Shown piece by piece: positions 40,667 to 51,597 of a stretch of DNA of 64,000 bases. Within the stretch, counting starts at the first letter, position 1. Each line of letters starts with the position of its first letter. The position numbers and the translations under genes are program-made. The notes beneath the pieces are model-generated. The model was not told the origin of the DNA and made no database searches. It worked only from the letters and a program-made list of their open reading frames with translations. Source of the DNA: Candidatus Poribacteria bacterium. GTDB lineage: Bacteria > Poribacteria > WGA-4E > WGA-3G. The DNA is taken from the NCBI GenBank assembly GCA_963665235.2, contig CAXXLX010000001.1:992001-1056000 (forward strand). The letters are read 5' to 3'.

Positions 40667-41389
40667 TTAGTCCACTTCCGCCTTGAGAAACGCAAGCTCC
40701 TCATCTGTCAGTTCTAGCTGCTGTAGTAAATCTGGGCGGCGTTCTGCTGTCCTTTTAAGCGATTGTGCATGTCGCCATTTCTCAATATTGTCATGATGTC
40801 CACTCAATAGAACGTCCGGAACATGCATGCCCTCAAACGCCGCGGGCCGGGTGTAATGCGGATGATCGAGTAAATCTTGGCTGAACGAGTCGACCTGTGC
40901 CGATTCGTAGTCGCCTAATGCGCCGGGTAACACGCGCCCGATAGCGTCAATTAGCACAAGCGCAGCGATTTCGCCGCCACTCAACACATAATCCCCGATA
41001 GAAATTTCGGTTGTCACCAACTTTTGGCGGACACGCTCGTCAACCCCCTTGTATCGCCCACATATAAAAATGAGGTGGGTTTCCAAAGAGAGGGTTTCCA
41101 CGAGGGATTGCGTCAGCGGTGTGCCTTGTGGCGTTAAATAGACAACCTGCGCGGTTGCCTCTGTCCTTAATTCAGCGATAGCCGCGAAGAGTGGTTCCGG
41201 CTTGAGAATCATTCCCGCACCGCCGCCGTAAGGGTAATCATCAACCGATTTATGCTTATCCGTTGCCCAATCTCGCAAGTTGCGAACCTGAATGGTTAAT
41301 TTGTCAGTCTCCTGAAGCCGCTTGAGGATACCTGTTTGCAAGGCAGGTAAGATTATCTCTGGAAATAGCGCGAGCACATCCATCTTCAT
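40667..41389 (-). CDS. trmD: tRNA (guanine-N1)-methyltransferase
   Basis: [23 protein letters not shown] and YTRP motifs. Confidence 0.96.
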   Translation of the reverse strand: MKMDVLALFPEIILPALQTGILKRLQETDKLTIQVRNLRDWATDKHKSVDDYPYGGGAGMILKPEPLFAAIAELRTEATAQVVYLTPQGTPLTQSLVETLSLETHLIFICGRYKGVDERVRQKLVTTEISIGDYVLSGGEIAALVLIDAIGRVLPGALGDYESAQVDSFSQDLLDHPHYTRPAAFEGMHVPDVLLSGHHDNIEKWRHAQSLKRTAERRPDLLQQLELTDEELAFLKAEVD

Positions 41390-41399
41390 TGTTCCGTCG

Positions 41400-41654
41400 C
41401 TATTCTTCGGTGGTCCGTGGGGTCTCGATTAACTCAAGAATTACCTTTTTATTCGCTCGCAGCCCTGCGGTATAAAGCACAGTTCTGATAGCTCTCAAGG
41501 TACGCCCATATCTGCCGATAATTTTCCCCAGATCTTCTTCTGTGACAGTTAACTCAATAATAACCACCTTTTCGCCAGTCACTTCACGGACAACCACTTG
41601 GTCAGGGTTATCGACCAGGGCTCTTACTACGTATTCAATCAAATCTTTGAACAT
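41400..41654 (-). CDS. khpA: KH domain RNA-binding protein
   Basis: LVDNPDQV and [15 protein letters not shown]; position after rpsP. Confidence 0.88.
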   Translation of the reverse strand: MFKDLIEYVVRALVDNPDQVVVREVTGEKVVIIELTVTEEDLGKIIGRYGRTLRAIRTVLYTAGLRANKKVILELIETPRTTEE

Positions 41655-41823
41655 AATTCACTTTCGAGGGTTAACAACGTGAAACATGCGAATAGGCAGG
41701 AATATTTCGTTTTCCTGTCCCCGCGTGCGTTATTATTTGTAGGCGCGCTTTTGAAGCGTGCACCATGTCTCTCGTCCATTCCGGACTCTCACTCGGTTTC
41801 CACCAGATGTTAGAGCATCAAAG

Positions 41824-42400
41824 CTACTCTTCTTCAGAGGTCTCAGGAGAAGCCTCTGCTGCCGGTGCGTCTGCTTCTTCGGGTGCAGTTTCCGCTGCTG
41901 GTGCCTCTGTTTCCGCTGCCGGTGCATCCGCTTCTGCTGCTGGTGCGTCTGCTTCTTCGGAGGCTGTTTCTGCCTCCGGTGGTTTCTTCAGAGGCTGTTT
42001 CTGCCTCCGGTGCATCCGTTTCTTCAGAGGCAGTTTCTGTGAGAAGTGCTGCCTGTTCCTGCTCTACTGAGGCGGCTTCCCCGTCTTCGGGTGTATCCGA
42101 AGCGTCAGCCACTTCGTCCTCAGGTAGCGGTTTTCCGAGTTTTTCATACGTAAATTTTTTCCAGATACCACTTTGGGATAGCAACCGTTTCGCTGTATCG
42201 GTAGGTTGCGCTCCCCGCCTTAACCATTTCAGTGCTTTTTCCTCGTCAATAAGGACATCAGCTGGGTCGGTTAAGGGATTGTAATGGCCGAGGCGTTCTA
42301 AAAACACACCGTCTCGCTGTGCCCGCGCATCAGCCGCGACAATTCGATAGAAAGGCCGTTTTTTTCTACCGTGCCGTTGTAATCTAATTCTAACTGCCAA
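41824..42400 (-). CDS. rpsP: 30S ribosomal protein S16 with long acidic tail (tail frameshifted)
   Basis: [22 protein letters not shown]; TTG start; Ala/Glu tail continues in another frame to 41824. Confidence 0.93.
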
Positions 42401-42535
42401 AAAATACCTCCTGGTATATATCGTATCGTCGATAAATGCGAAATGTTGGTTCCGCGTAAATGCTCAAATATTGTTTTCAAATGATGCCCGGCAAATAGCG
42501 TGATAGCACCGTTGCTATCCATAGCTCCGTTAGCA

Positions 42536-43948
42536 TCACTTGCGTTTTTTCCGTTTCCTTGGCTTTCGTGCCTTCCGCTTTGTTCGTGGCCCCCCCCCAA
42601 TTTTTGTGCGTGGGAGCCCACCGATTTTCGTTCCTTTCTGTAGCATCGCCATTGATGGCTGCTGATCGAACATGCTATTCATCATCCGGAGTTGCGAAAT
42701 CAGTTGATTCACCTGATTCACACTCGTTCCACTCCCGTTAGCAATTCGGAGTTTTCGGCTTCTATCCAGCAGTGGCGGATTTTTCCGTTCTTCAGGTGTC
42801 ATCGACTGTATAATCGCTTTTGCGTATTTCAGCTGACTTTCATCCGGCTTAAGGTCCTTGATAGGCAATTGGTTCTTAAAAGGGACCAAATCCAGCAGTT
42901 GGTCTAAGGGGCCCATATTTTTTATCTGTTCAAGTTGAGAGAGAAAATCGGTAAAATCCAGTCCTTTCTTTTCTAAGAGTTTGCGTTCTATTTCCTTCGC
43001 TTGGTCTTCGCTGAAGACGGCTTCGGCTCTTTCCACGAGCGTCTGAAAATCGCCTTGCCCGATAATGCGTGATGCCATCCGCTCCGGGTGAAATTCCTCA
43101 AGTGCCGTCGCCTCAATCCTTTCCCCAACGCCGATAAACTTAATCGGTTTCTGCGTAATAGACCGAATTGAGAGGGCTGCGCCGCCGCGTGCATCGCCAT
43201 CCATCTTTGTCAAGACAACGCCATCAATCTCCAAATCGGTATTGAAGCTCTCCGCAACGTTGACTGCATCCTGCCCAGTCATCGCATCAACGATTAATAG
43301 GATTTCAGCGGGGTTCACCGCTGCTTTGATAGCTTGAAGCTCTGCCATCAACGTTTCATCAATATGCAAACGCCCGGCTGTGTCAATAATCACGCGGTCG
43401 CAACCACGGCTCAATGCATCTTGCACCGATGCCTTCGCAATATCAACCGGGGAGACCTCCGTGCCGAGCGAAAAGACCGGCGTATCTGTCTGCTCACCAA
43501 GCAGTTGTAGCTGTTTAATTGCCGCAGGACGGTAAACATCCGCAGCGACCAGCATCGGGTTACGGCCCTCCTTCTTAAATCTGAGCCCTAATTTCGCTGC
43601 GACTGTCGTTTTACCTGACCCCTGCAATCCTACTAAGAGGATAACCGTCGGGCCACTCGGCGCGACCTGAATCTTGGTCGACTCCCCGCCCATCAACGTT
43701 GTCAATTCTTCGCCGATAATCTTAGCAATCTGGAGCTCCGGCGTGAGACTGCCTATCACCTCTTGACCGAGGGCCCGCACCTTGATATTCTCTATAAAAT
43801 CGCGGGTGACCTTGTAGTTCACATCCGCCTCGAGAAAGGCGCGACGCACCTCACGCAGCGCATCAGAGATATTGTTCTCCGTTAATTTTCCCTGTCCTTT
43901 CAACTTTTTGAAAGTACTTTGCAATCGGTCGCTCAAGCTTTCAAACAT
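42536..43948 (-). CDS. ffh: Signal recognition particle protein
   Basis: GLQGSGKTT, DTAGR and TKMDGDARGGAALS motifs. Confidence 0.97.
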   Translation of the reverse strand: MFESLSDRLQSTFKKLKGQGKLTENNISDALREVRRAFLEADVNYKVTRDFIENIKVRALGQEVIGSLTPELQIAKIIGEELTTLMGGESTKIQVAPSGPTVILLVGLQGSGKTTVAAKLGLRFKKEGRNPMLVAADVYRPAAIKQLQLLGEQTDTPVFSLGTEVSPVDIAKASVQDALSRGCDRVIIDTAGRLHIDETLMAELQAIKAAVNPAEILLIVDAMTGQDAVNVAESFNTDLEIDGVVLTKMDGDARGGAALSIRSITQKPIKFIGVGERIEATALEEFHPERMASRIIGQGDFQTLVERAEAVFSEDQAKEIERKLLEKKGLDFTDFLSQLEQIKNMGPLDQLLDLVPFKNQLPIKDLKPDESQLKYAKAIIQSMTPEERKNPPLLDRSRKLRIANGSGTSVNQVNQLISQLRMMNSMFDQQPSMAMLQKGTKIGGLPRTKIGGGPRTKRKARKPRKRKKRK

Positions 43949-43982
43949 GATTTGCATCCTTAATGAAATAGTTAATTAAAGT

Positions 43983-44011
43983 ATTATAGCAGATTTTATT
44001 GCGTCTGTCAA
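43983..44011 (-). promoter_or_regulatory. Consensus sigma70 promoter of the ffh-rpsP operon
   Basis: TTGACA-17bp-TATAAT. Confidence 0.75.
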
Positions 44012-44355
44012 GTTTTTTTTAGAGAGGGGTAAATATTTTTGTCGAAAGAGTTGAGGGGGAAGAGTGGAAAATTTGGAAGGGGCGAAATTATCTAAATCGC
44101 GGCATCCTGTAGATGACGCAGGAGGGTTTCCCGCAAACTAACAGTTTACAGTCCGACGCGATAATCCGCGATTTGCGGCGTATTCGCCCAAATGCGACGT
44201 GCATTCAGACAACACACGCCAAATCCACTCTTCCACTCTTCCACCCTTCCACCTATCCGTTTGATAAAAACTTTACCCCTCCCCATAAAATTGTCCAAAG
44301 TTTAGCAATTTTTTAAGTACTTGACAAAAATTCTTGTGTATGATACAAATAACGT

Positions 44356-45372
44356 ATGCAAACAACTACGAAAATTATATCTTTACTCTTTTTAACATTT
44401 TTCTATTTCGGATGCCAAGGCGGACTGTTCAATCTTAACACCACCGACACTAACGGAAATATTATAGAGAAATCCGGAGAATTGACAGAAAATGAGGTGT
44501 GGGATGGAATGGTGTACGTCACCGATACGGTCGTCGTTCCGGAGGGCATAACATTGACTATCCGGTCAGGGGCCATCATTGGGTTTGAACCGATGGACAC
44601 ACCGACCGGGCTTATCGTGCACGGTGAACTTTACGCGGAAGGCGCACCGGACCGAATGATAGTTTTCGGCTCCTTAGGGGCACAACAAAACGCCCCGGAA
44701 ACCCCGCAGGTGCAGATACCGAAAATCGGAACCGAAACTGTACCAACAACACCCACAAAAATCACACTTCCAGCAAAAGTGGGAGATTGGGAAGGAATTC
44801 AGATTGAGGCGAGCAGTCCCAACAACCGTTTAACGTATTGCCGTATCCAACATGCAAATACAGGCATTACATGCCGAACAGACGCTGTCCAAATTGAGGG
44901 ATGTCTCTTCAGCGAAAACAGAATCGGAGTGCTTGCTGAAAATAGCAATCCCACAATTACCAGTAGCGAGTTCAACAAAAATGAAACAGGTGCCCAATTC
45001 CGAGGTGCTGCTGCACCGGAGGTAGAATACAACGCGTTCGCCGCCAACGAATTTGGACTTGTATGTGAGGACGATTCTCGACCGCGCATCCATCACAACG
45101 AAATCCGCTCAAACTATCAACATGCAATCGCCTGCTACTCCACAGCTTCACCAGAGATTGTCTCCAACAATATCACGTTGAACAGTGGATGGGCAGTCTA
45201 CGATGGCGGAAGACTCCGAGACAATTTTATCAACGGAAACAAGCAGTTGGGCCCCAACGTCACTGACCTCGGAATCGGCACAGAAAGCGAGCAGTTTTAT
45301 GGAGTAGACGAGGTATTTGAACCGAGACCCTCTCCCGTACCGGAGGCGGGTATACCCCGGGAAACGTTTTAA
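44356..45372 (+). CDS. Right-handed beta-helix lipoprotein
   Basis: Lipobox-like FGC; repeated N..GI.....S.P.I..N. Confidence 0.7.
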   Translation: MQTTTKIISLLFLTFFYFGCQGGLFNLNTTDTNGNIIEKSGELTENEVWDGMVYVTDTVVVPEGITLTIRSGAIIGFEPMDTPTGLIVHGELYAEGAPDRMIVFGSLGAQQNAPETPQVQIPKIGTETVPTTPTKITLPAKVGDWEGIQIEASSPNNRLTYCRIQHANTGITCRTDAVQIEGCLFSENRIGVLAENSNPTITSSEFNKNETGAQFRGAAAPEVEYNAFAANEFGLVCEDDSRPRIHHNEIRSNYQHAIACYSTASPEIVSNNITLNSGWAVYDGGRLRDNFINGNKQLGPNVTDLGIGTESEQFYGVDEVFEPRPSPVPEAGIPRETF

Positions 45373-45376
45373 TCTC

Positions 45377-46333
45377 ATGCGTCAATTCAGAGCCTATCTT
45401 GACCTTATCCGCTATCCGCTTTTTGCAATTCCGATCGTTGCGACACTCCCTGGTGCGCTGATTGCAAGTGAGGGACATTTCACGTGGCGCGTCGCAGCGG
45501 CACTCGGCATCGCGTTAGGCGGCTACTTCGCCGGGATGATAAAGAACGACTATTTCCATCGTGAAACAGACGCGCTCACGAACCCGGAACGGCCGCTTCC
45601 CTCGCAGCGACTAACACCTCGGCAGGCACTTGTACCCGCAAGCACTCTCTACGGATTATGCGTAATCGCTGGATTCTGGCTTGACCGTAACGCAGGGTTT
45701 GTAGTCATGGGCTTAGTCGCCATTTCGCATCTTTACAACGCCTTTTTCAAGGCGCGCGGCATACTCGGCAGCCTCACGTTGCCCTTAGGCATTGGATTAC
45801 TGAATATCTTCGGCGCATTAGCCGTCAGCGGCACCGTCCCACGGTTGGTGTGGTACGCCTTCGCAGCGACGACCCTTTATGATTTGGGCACCCACATCAC
45901 AACGACCTTTAAGGATATCGCACGTGATGAAAAACTCGGTATTACAACGACACCCCTGCAGCTCGGTATCCGCCCGGCACTTTTGCTCGCCGCAGTCGCA
46001 ACGGGATTAGCATTCGTTATCGCATTGTTACCCTATTGGTTAGAAGAATCCCTGCACCAGAAATTCCACGCCGTTTGGGTAATCTTAGGACTGATAGCCG
46101 CCGTGGGGAGTCGTATTCCGCTCTATCTACAGCCGAACGAGAAAAACGGTTATTTTGCACTGAAGGGGTCAATGATAGGGTCAATCCTCTTTTTTCCGTG
46201 TCTCATCGGCGCGCAGGTGTCTATTGCTTGGACCGCAACGGCAATTGTCCCGTTGCTGCTTGTAACGCTGCTTTTGCTAAAAACAACACAACAGGAGGTG
46301 GCAATAAATTATTGGCAAGATGTGGCAGATTAG
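45377..46333 (+). CDS. UbiA family prenyltransferase
   Basis: NDYF.RETD..NPERPLPS and KDIARDEKLG..T.P motifs; hydrophobic. Confidence 0.85.
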   Translation: MRQFRAYLDLIRYPLFAIPIVATLPGALIASEGHFTWRVAAALGIALGGYFAGMIKNDYFHRETDALTNPERPLPSQRLTPRQALVPASTLYGLCVIAGFWLDRNAGFVVMGLVAISHLYNAFFKARGILGSLTLPLGIGLLNIFGALAVSGTVPRLVWYAFAATTLYDLGTHITTTFKDIARDEKLGITTTPLQLGIRPALLLAAVATGLAFVIALLPYWLEESLHQKFHAVWVILGLIAAVGSRIPLYLQPNEKNGYFALKGSMIGSILFFPCLIGAQVSIAWTATAIVPLLLVTLLLLKTTQQEVAINYWQDVAD

Positions 46334-46574
46334 CGTTAGAGAATAGTTGTTCAACAAACCTCTTCGGTAAGAGCGAGCTGTGCTCGCGATATTAACAGAC
46401 TAAACCCCAGTATTCGGGCAAACAGCCCGCTCCTTAAGGGTGATATGTTTATAGAAAACTATAACGCAAAAACTCTTAGTCCCATAGGGACGATATCTTT
46501 ATAGGGGTTAGTGCAAACCGACATTTATTATCAAACTCACGTTTGCTAACAGCCAACAGCCAAAGGAAATCACC

Positions 46575-48023
46575 ATGAAAAATATCGTTTTGCTTATTAC
46601 GGATACGTTTCGCTATGACAACCTCGGGGACCGAGCAGAACGTCCTATCCGAACCCCGATGCTTGATAAATTTGAGGCGGAACGCGCAACTGCAATTGAT
46701 AAATTCTATATGAGCAGTTTTCCCACCGTCCCGCATCGCACCGATGTCGCAACAGGGACGGTCGGATGGCCCCACTATCCGTGGCAACCTATCGACCAGA
46801 GTGGGCCGAATCATATCGCAAGACTCTTGGGGGCACAAGGGTACGCAACACAACTGATTTGTGATTGCCCGCATCTGTTCAATACACGGTTCCAGCACGG
46901 TTTCGATGCCGCTTTCCAGCACAGAGGACAGGAGGGCGACAAACCGTTGCTGCACCTCAACGACGACATCCGAACCGTTATGCCCGACGAGAAAACGCGT
47001 CCGCACCCCGCATTCCGCGGAAATACCTTGCCCAATACACACAGGTGGACAAACCGCTACTACCAATATGAAGCGGAAACGTTTTCCAGTAGAACGGCAC
47101 AAACCACAATCCGATGGTTGGAAGAGAACTGCAACGCCGGCCCCTTCTTCCTCTGGGTCGACTTCTTCGACCCCCACGAACCCTGGGACCCACCCGAATA
47201 CATCGTCAAACGTTACGACCCGGATTATACGGGACCACCGATGCTACATCCGAACTACGGCCGCTCGTCACTCTACACGGAGGCTGAGTTGCACAACCTC
47301 TGGGCACACTACGCAGGTGAATCGGAACTCGTTGACCGGCACATCGGACGTATCCTTGAAAAAGTAGAAGACCTCGAACTTTGGGACGATACCCTCATCG
47401 TTGTCATGTCCGACCACGGAATGTCCATCGGAGAACACGGCAGGACAGGGAAGTCTAACATTGACCCGGAAGACCCGCGTTATTGGCCCACCTATCCAGA
47501 GATTAACCATGAGATGTTCTTAATTGCAGGCGGAGACGTGCCACGGGGCCAACGGCTTGACCTAATTGCACAACCGATGGATATCCTGCCGACACTCTGT
47601 GAATTAGCGGGTGTCACCGTTGAACCGCGCAAACCTTTTGAGGGCAGGTCTTTTGCTGATGCACTACGCAACGGGGATTCGCAGCATAGAGAATACGCGG
47701 TAACAGGAACACATATCGGCTCAAGAAACGGGACCGTGCCACGCCGCGCAACAACGCCGTTCCTCGTCACGGAGCGTTGGGGATATGCCCCCGTCGGCCA
47801 AGATGGCACACCCGAACTGTTTGACCTAACCGTTGACCCGATTGCAACGAACAATATCGCTGAAGACAACGCTGCACTTGTCGCAGAGCTGCATCAACTT
47901 TTTATGGCGCACCTTTTGGAACACAACGCCCCAGACAATTTCCTCGCACTCTGGCAGGAAACACCTTCAGGAGACGGACGCGGCAAATGGTCAATTGACT
48001 ATCCGGAAGAGTCCAAGGAATAA
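46575..48023 (+). CDS. Sulfatase-like hydrolase (alkaline phosphatase superfamily)
   Basis: NIVLLITDTFRYD, FDPHEPW and SDHG motifs; active-site motif TVPHR. Confidence 0.85.
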   Translation: MKNIVLLITDTFRYDNLGDRAERPIRTPMLDKFEAERATAIDKFYMSSFPTVPHRTDVATGTVGWPHYPWQPIDQSGPNHIARLLGAQGYATQLICDCPHLFNTRFQHGFDAAFQHRGQEGDKPLLHLNDDIRTVMPDEKTRPHPAFRGNTLPNTHRWTNRYYQYEAETFSSRTAQTTIRWLEENCNAGPFFLWVDFFDPHEPWDPPEYIVKRYDPDYTGPPMLHPNYGRSSLYTEAELHNLWAHYAGESELVDRHIGRILEKVEDLELWDDTLIVVMSDHGMSIGEHGRTGKSNIDPEDPRYWPTYPEINHEMFLIAGGDVPRGQRLDLIAQPMDILPTLCELAGVTVEPRKPFEGRSFADALRNGDSQHREYAVTGTHIGSRNGTVPRRATTPFLVTERWGYAPVGQDGTPELFDLTVDPIATNNIAEDNAALVAELHQLFMAHLLEHNAPDNFLALWQETPSGDGRGKWSIDYPEESKE

Positions 48024-48328
48024 GGCTTAAAATGGGTATGTAAAGTTTCTGTACAAGTATAAATTGAATAGCGGCCTGTTTCTGTATTAGTCCCAGTATT
48101 CGGGCAAACAGCCCGCTCCTCAAGGACGATATATTTATAGAAAGACCCCAATAACCTCCGCTTTAGTCCCGTAGGGACGATATATTTATAGCGTCATGGA
48201 AACCGTTGGAAACCTATAGCAAGAAGTCTCTGACGCGCGTCAAAAACATCATTAGAATAACAACATCTTGCTAATTGCTAATTGCTAATCGCCAATCGCT
48301 AATAAGGAATAAGGAAAACAACGAACGT

Positions 48329-49639
48329 ATGGAAACTTCAAGCGCGCTGCACAATGAACTCAGGCATATTGTTGACGAGACAGGCATCCTTCCGATAGAG
48401 CAGGCTTCGGATTACACCTTTGATGGCTGCGTTCCGAAGGCAGTCGTTTCACCAGCATCTGTCCAAGAAATGCAAGCTGTCCTCCGCCTTGCCAGGGCAC
48501 AGCAATTCTCTGTTATCCCCGCGGGTGCCGGCACAAAACTCGGTATCGGTAATACACCTCAAAAAGTGGATGTCGTCTTGGTCACAACACGTCTAAACAA
48601 CGTGGTAGAATATGAACCAGCAGATTTAACCGTAACCGTAGAGGCAGGTATTCGGTTGGCAGACCTCCAAGCCGAGTTGGCACAACATCGACAATTTTTC
48701 GCATCGACTCCACCTTACGCTGACAGATGCACTATTGGCGGACTCGTTGCAACAAACAGCAGCAGTACAATTCGCCTTCGCTACGGCACCGCGCGAAATC
48801 AGGTATTAGGGATGCGGGTTGTCCTTGCCGACGGTACCGTTGTCAAAAGCGGCGGCAAAGTCGTAAAAAACGTCGCCGGCTACGACCTAAACAAACTCTA
48901 TATCGGTGCTTTCGGCACACTCGGTATCATTACCGAAATAGCCCTCAAATTGGCACCGCTTCCCGCACGGCGGGCAATACTTGCCGCACAATTTCAAAAC
49001 GTTCAAGACGGTGTTGACGCAGGCTTAAGCGTTTTGCGCTCACAAGCACTCCCCACCTTCGTGAACCTCTTTATGAACACCGATATCGACTATTTCACGG
49101 AGACAAAACCAGGGCTAATAGTAGAATTCGGCGGTGATGCCGAAACTGTAACATGGCAACTCAACCACGTCCAAACACTTATGGAACAAAACAGCACGAT
49201 AGGTGTCGAAATTGTAGAGGGTGAATTGCAAGAAAATCTTAATCAAACCGTTCAGAAATTTCCAGAGGCTAATAGGCACGCCGATACAGTAATTGCAAAA
49301 GTCAACCTAAAGCGGACAGATATCGTTAAATTCGTTGAGCAGCACCTAAAATCGGGTGAAGAGATGATGGCACTCTTAGGGAGTGGCGTACTCTATCTCA
49401 AAACGCCTATAGATTCCGGGACGGACCTTCAAGCACTTGCGTCAACACTCACACAGCTGCGTCAACATGCTATGGCGATGCAAGGCAATCTTACCATAGC
49501 GGCTGCCCCGCCTGAACTCAAACAGCATATCGACGTTTGGGGCCCCATTGGCAGCACGCTTCGCCTGATGAAACAGGTTAAAGCGAAATTCGATGCAGAC
49601 GGTTTGTTGAACCCAGGGCGGTTTGTCTCAAATCTCTAA
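48329..49639 (+). CDS. FAD-binding oxidoreductase (GlcE-like)
   Basis: EYEPADLTVTVEAG, GGKVVKNVAGYDL and FD..GLLNPGRF motifs. Confidence 0.88.
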   Translation: METSSALHNELRHIVDETGILPIEQASDYTFDGCVPKAVVSPASVQEMQAVLRLARAQQFSVIPAGAGTKLGIGNTPQKVDVVLVTTRLNNVVEYEPADLTVTVEAGIRLADLQAELAQHRQFFASTPPYADRCTIGGLVATNSSSTIRLRYGTARNQVLGMRVVLADGTVVKSGGKVVKNVAGYDLNKLYIGAFGTLGIITEIALKLAPLPARRAILAAQFQNVQDGVDAGLSVLRSQALPTFVNLFMNTDIDYFTETKPGLIVEFGGDAETVTWQLNHVQTLMEQNSTIGVEIVEGELQENLNQTVQKFPEANRHADTVIAKVNLKRTDIVKFVEQHLKSGEEMMALLGSGVLYLKTPIDSGTDLQALASTLTQLRQHAMAMQGNLTIAAAPPELKQHIDVWGPIGSTLRLMKQVKAKFDADGLLNPGRFVSNL

Positions 49640-49685
49640 CGTTCCGTGTATCAGCACCGCCAATTGCCAAAGGAGAACTCACAAA

Positions 49686-51578
49686 ATGTTCAAAAACACC
49701 AAATTTTATAAGTATTCGACCTGGACGCTGCTAGTGCTACTAACAGTGATGTTTCCGATTCAGACACCAGCACAGTTAGAAGACTTCGGACTTTTCGAAG
49801 GCGCAGCACCAGAAATACTCAGTGCAAAAGGCTATCTCTCTCTAGACAAGGCACAACCCGGCACACAACTCCAGGTTGCCATTGTCGTGAAAATTGCTGA
49901 AGGGTGGCATGTCAACGCGAATCCCGCAGGCGAAAATCTTATCCCGACCGAGGTGCTACTTCCCGACTCCCAACATATCACCTTTGGCGAAGTCGTATAT
50001 CCCATCACAGAGGACACGCTAGACATCATAGGAATTGGAGAGGTGCCGGTCTATCACGACACCATCACTATCGGGATGCCAGTGACCCTGCTGAAAACCG
50101 TCCCAATTCAATCCCTGACGTTAGATGTCCAGCTGCGTTATCAAGGGTGTAACGATGAACAGTGTCTGTTACCGGAGACGTTAGATGTTCCCATACCGAT
50201 TGAAGTCGTTAGCATGGCAGAACTTGTGAAACCGGTGAATGAAAACATTTTTTCCGGCATCGCCTTTGGTAGCACAAATGAAGGCACGAATGAAGAGGGA
50301 CTTGCAGGAGCCTTTGCAGGAGCCTTATCGGGAGGCAACATAGTGCTTGCCCTGCTCCTCGTATTCGCGGCGGGCATCTTGACAAGCTTAACACCGTGTG
50401 TGTACCCGCTCATACCGATAACCGTCTCAATCTTCGGTGCAAATGAGTCCGCAGGTTTGCTAAAATCCTTTCTGCTCTCACTTGTCTATGTGCTGGGTAT
50501 CGTAGTGATGTATTCAACTTTGGGCATTGCTGTTGCGTCAACGGGTGCGGTGTTCGGTCAAATAATGTCGAATCCGTGGGTTGTCGGTTTTATTAGCGTA
50601 ATCCTAATTTCGCTCGGGTTGTCAATGTTCGGGGTTTTTGAAATTCAGCTTCCGGCTTCCGTGCAGGGTCGGCTTAACACCGTCGGGGGTGCAGGATTTG
50701 CTGGCGCGTTTGGGATGGGAACTGTTGCGGGAGTCATTGCTGCACCCTGCACAGGACCGGCGTTGGCAGTTCTTTTAACCTACATTGCAACAACAGGCAG
50801 CATATTCCTCGGTTTTTGGCTTATGTTTACCTATGCCCTCGGCATGGGGTTGCTGTTCATCGCTATCGGGACGTTCTCTGGGCTGCTCTCCGCGCTACCC
50901 CGTTCCGGGGGCTGGATGTACGTCTTAGAAAACATCTTCGGTATTGCGATTATCACCATGGCACTCTACTTTCTCAAAGATGTCTTTGAGCCGTTAAAAA
51001 GTTTTCTACAGAACTCGGTTCCGTTTTTCGCGCTTGCGGGTGTCCTCATTCTACTTGGATTATGGCTTAGCAAGCTAACACAACGTTTTAGTGGGATTCC
51101 GCGTTCCACGAAGTTACGAAAAGCGTCTGGCATCCTGTTAGCGGTCTTAGGATGTTATATGATAATTGGCGGCATTCAACAACCTGCTGGCCCCCACCTC
51201 GACTGGATTGACAATGAAACCGAGGCTTTGGAGATTGCCCTCCGGGAGGACAAACTATTGATGCTTGACTTTTACGCCTCCTGGTGCGTCGCTTGCAAGG
51301 AACTTGACCACAAAACTTACGCGGACCCGGCAGTTGCCGCAAAACTCGATAATTACGTCAATGTCAAACTCGATTTTACCCGGAGCTCTGACATCACTAA
51401 AGCACTCACAGAGAAATATCAGATTCCGGGATTGCCTGTTGTCATCTTTATGGATGCACAAGGCAACGTTTTCAAACGAATCACAGGTTTTGTTGATGCC
51501 GAGGAGATGTTAGACATCCTTGAAGAAGTTGAGCAGAAGCAGAAATCGGCGAGCTCCCCTGAAGGCGGAATGCTTTAG
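49686..51578 (+). CDS. dsbD: Thiol:disulfide interchange protein DsbD
   Basis: CNDEQC, TPCVYP, APCTGP and WCVAC motifs. Confidence 0.92.
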   Translation: MFKNTKFYKYSTWTLLVLLTVMFPIQTPAQLEDFGLFEGAAPEILSAKGYLSLDKAQPGTQLQVAIVVKIAEGWHVNANPAGENLIPTEVLLPDSQHITFGEVVYPITEDTLDIIGIGEVPVYHDTITIGMPVTLLKTVPIQSLTLDVQLRYQGCNDEQCLLPETLDVPIPIEVVSMAELVKPVNENIFSGIAFGSTNEGTNEEGLAGAFAGALSGGNIVLALLLVFAAGILTSLTPCVYPLIPITVSIFGANESAGLLKSFLLSLVYVLGIVVMYSTLGIAVASTGAVFGQIMSNPWVVGFISVILISLGLSMFGVFEIQLPASVQGRLNTVGGAGFAGAFGMGTVAGVIAAPCTGPALAVLLTYIATTGSIFLGFWLMFTYALGMGLLFIAIGTFSGLLSALPRSGGWMYVLENIFGIAIITMALYFLKDVFEPLKSFLQNSVPFFALAGVLILLGLWLSKLTQRFSGIPRSTKLRKASGILLAVLGCYMIIGGIQQPAGPHLDWIDNETEALEIALREDKLLMLDFYASWCVACKELDHKTYADPAVAAKLDNYVNVKLDFTRSSDITKALTEKYQIPGLPVVIFMDAQGNVFKRITGFVDAEEMLDILEEVEQKQKSASSPEGGML

Positions 51579-51597
51579 CACACGTCGTTTGCCGAAA

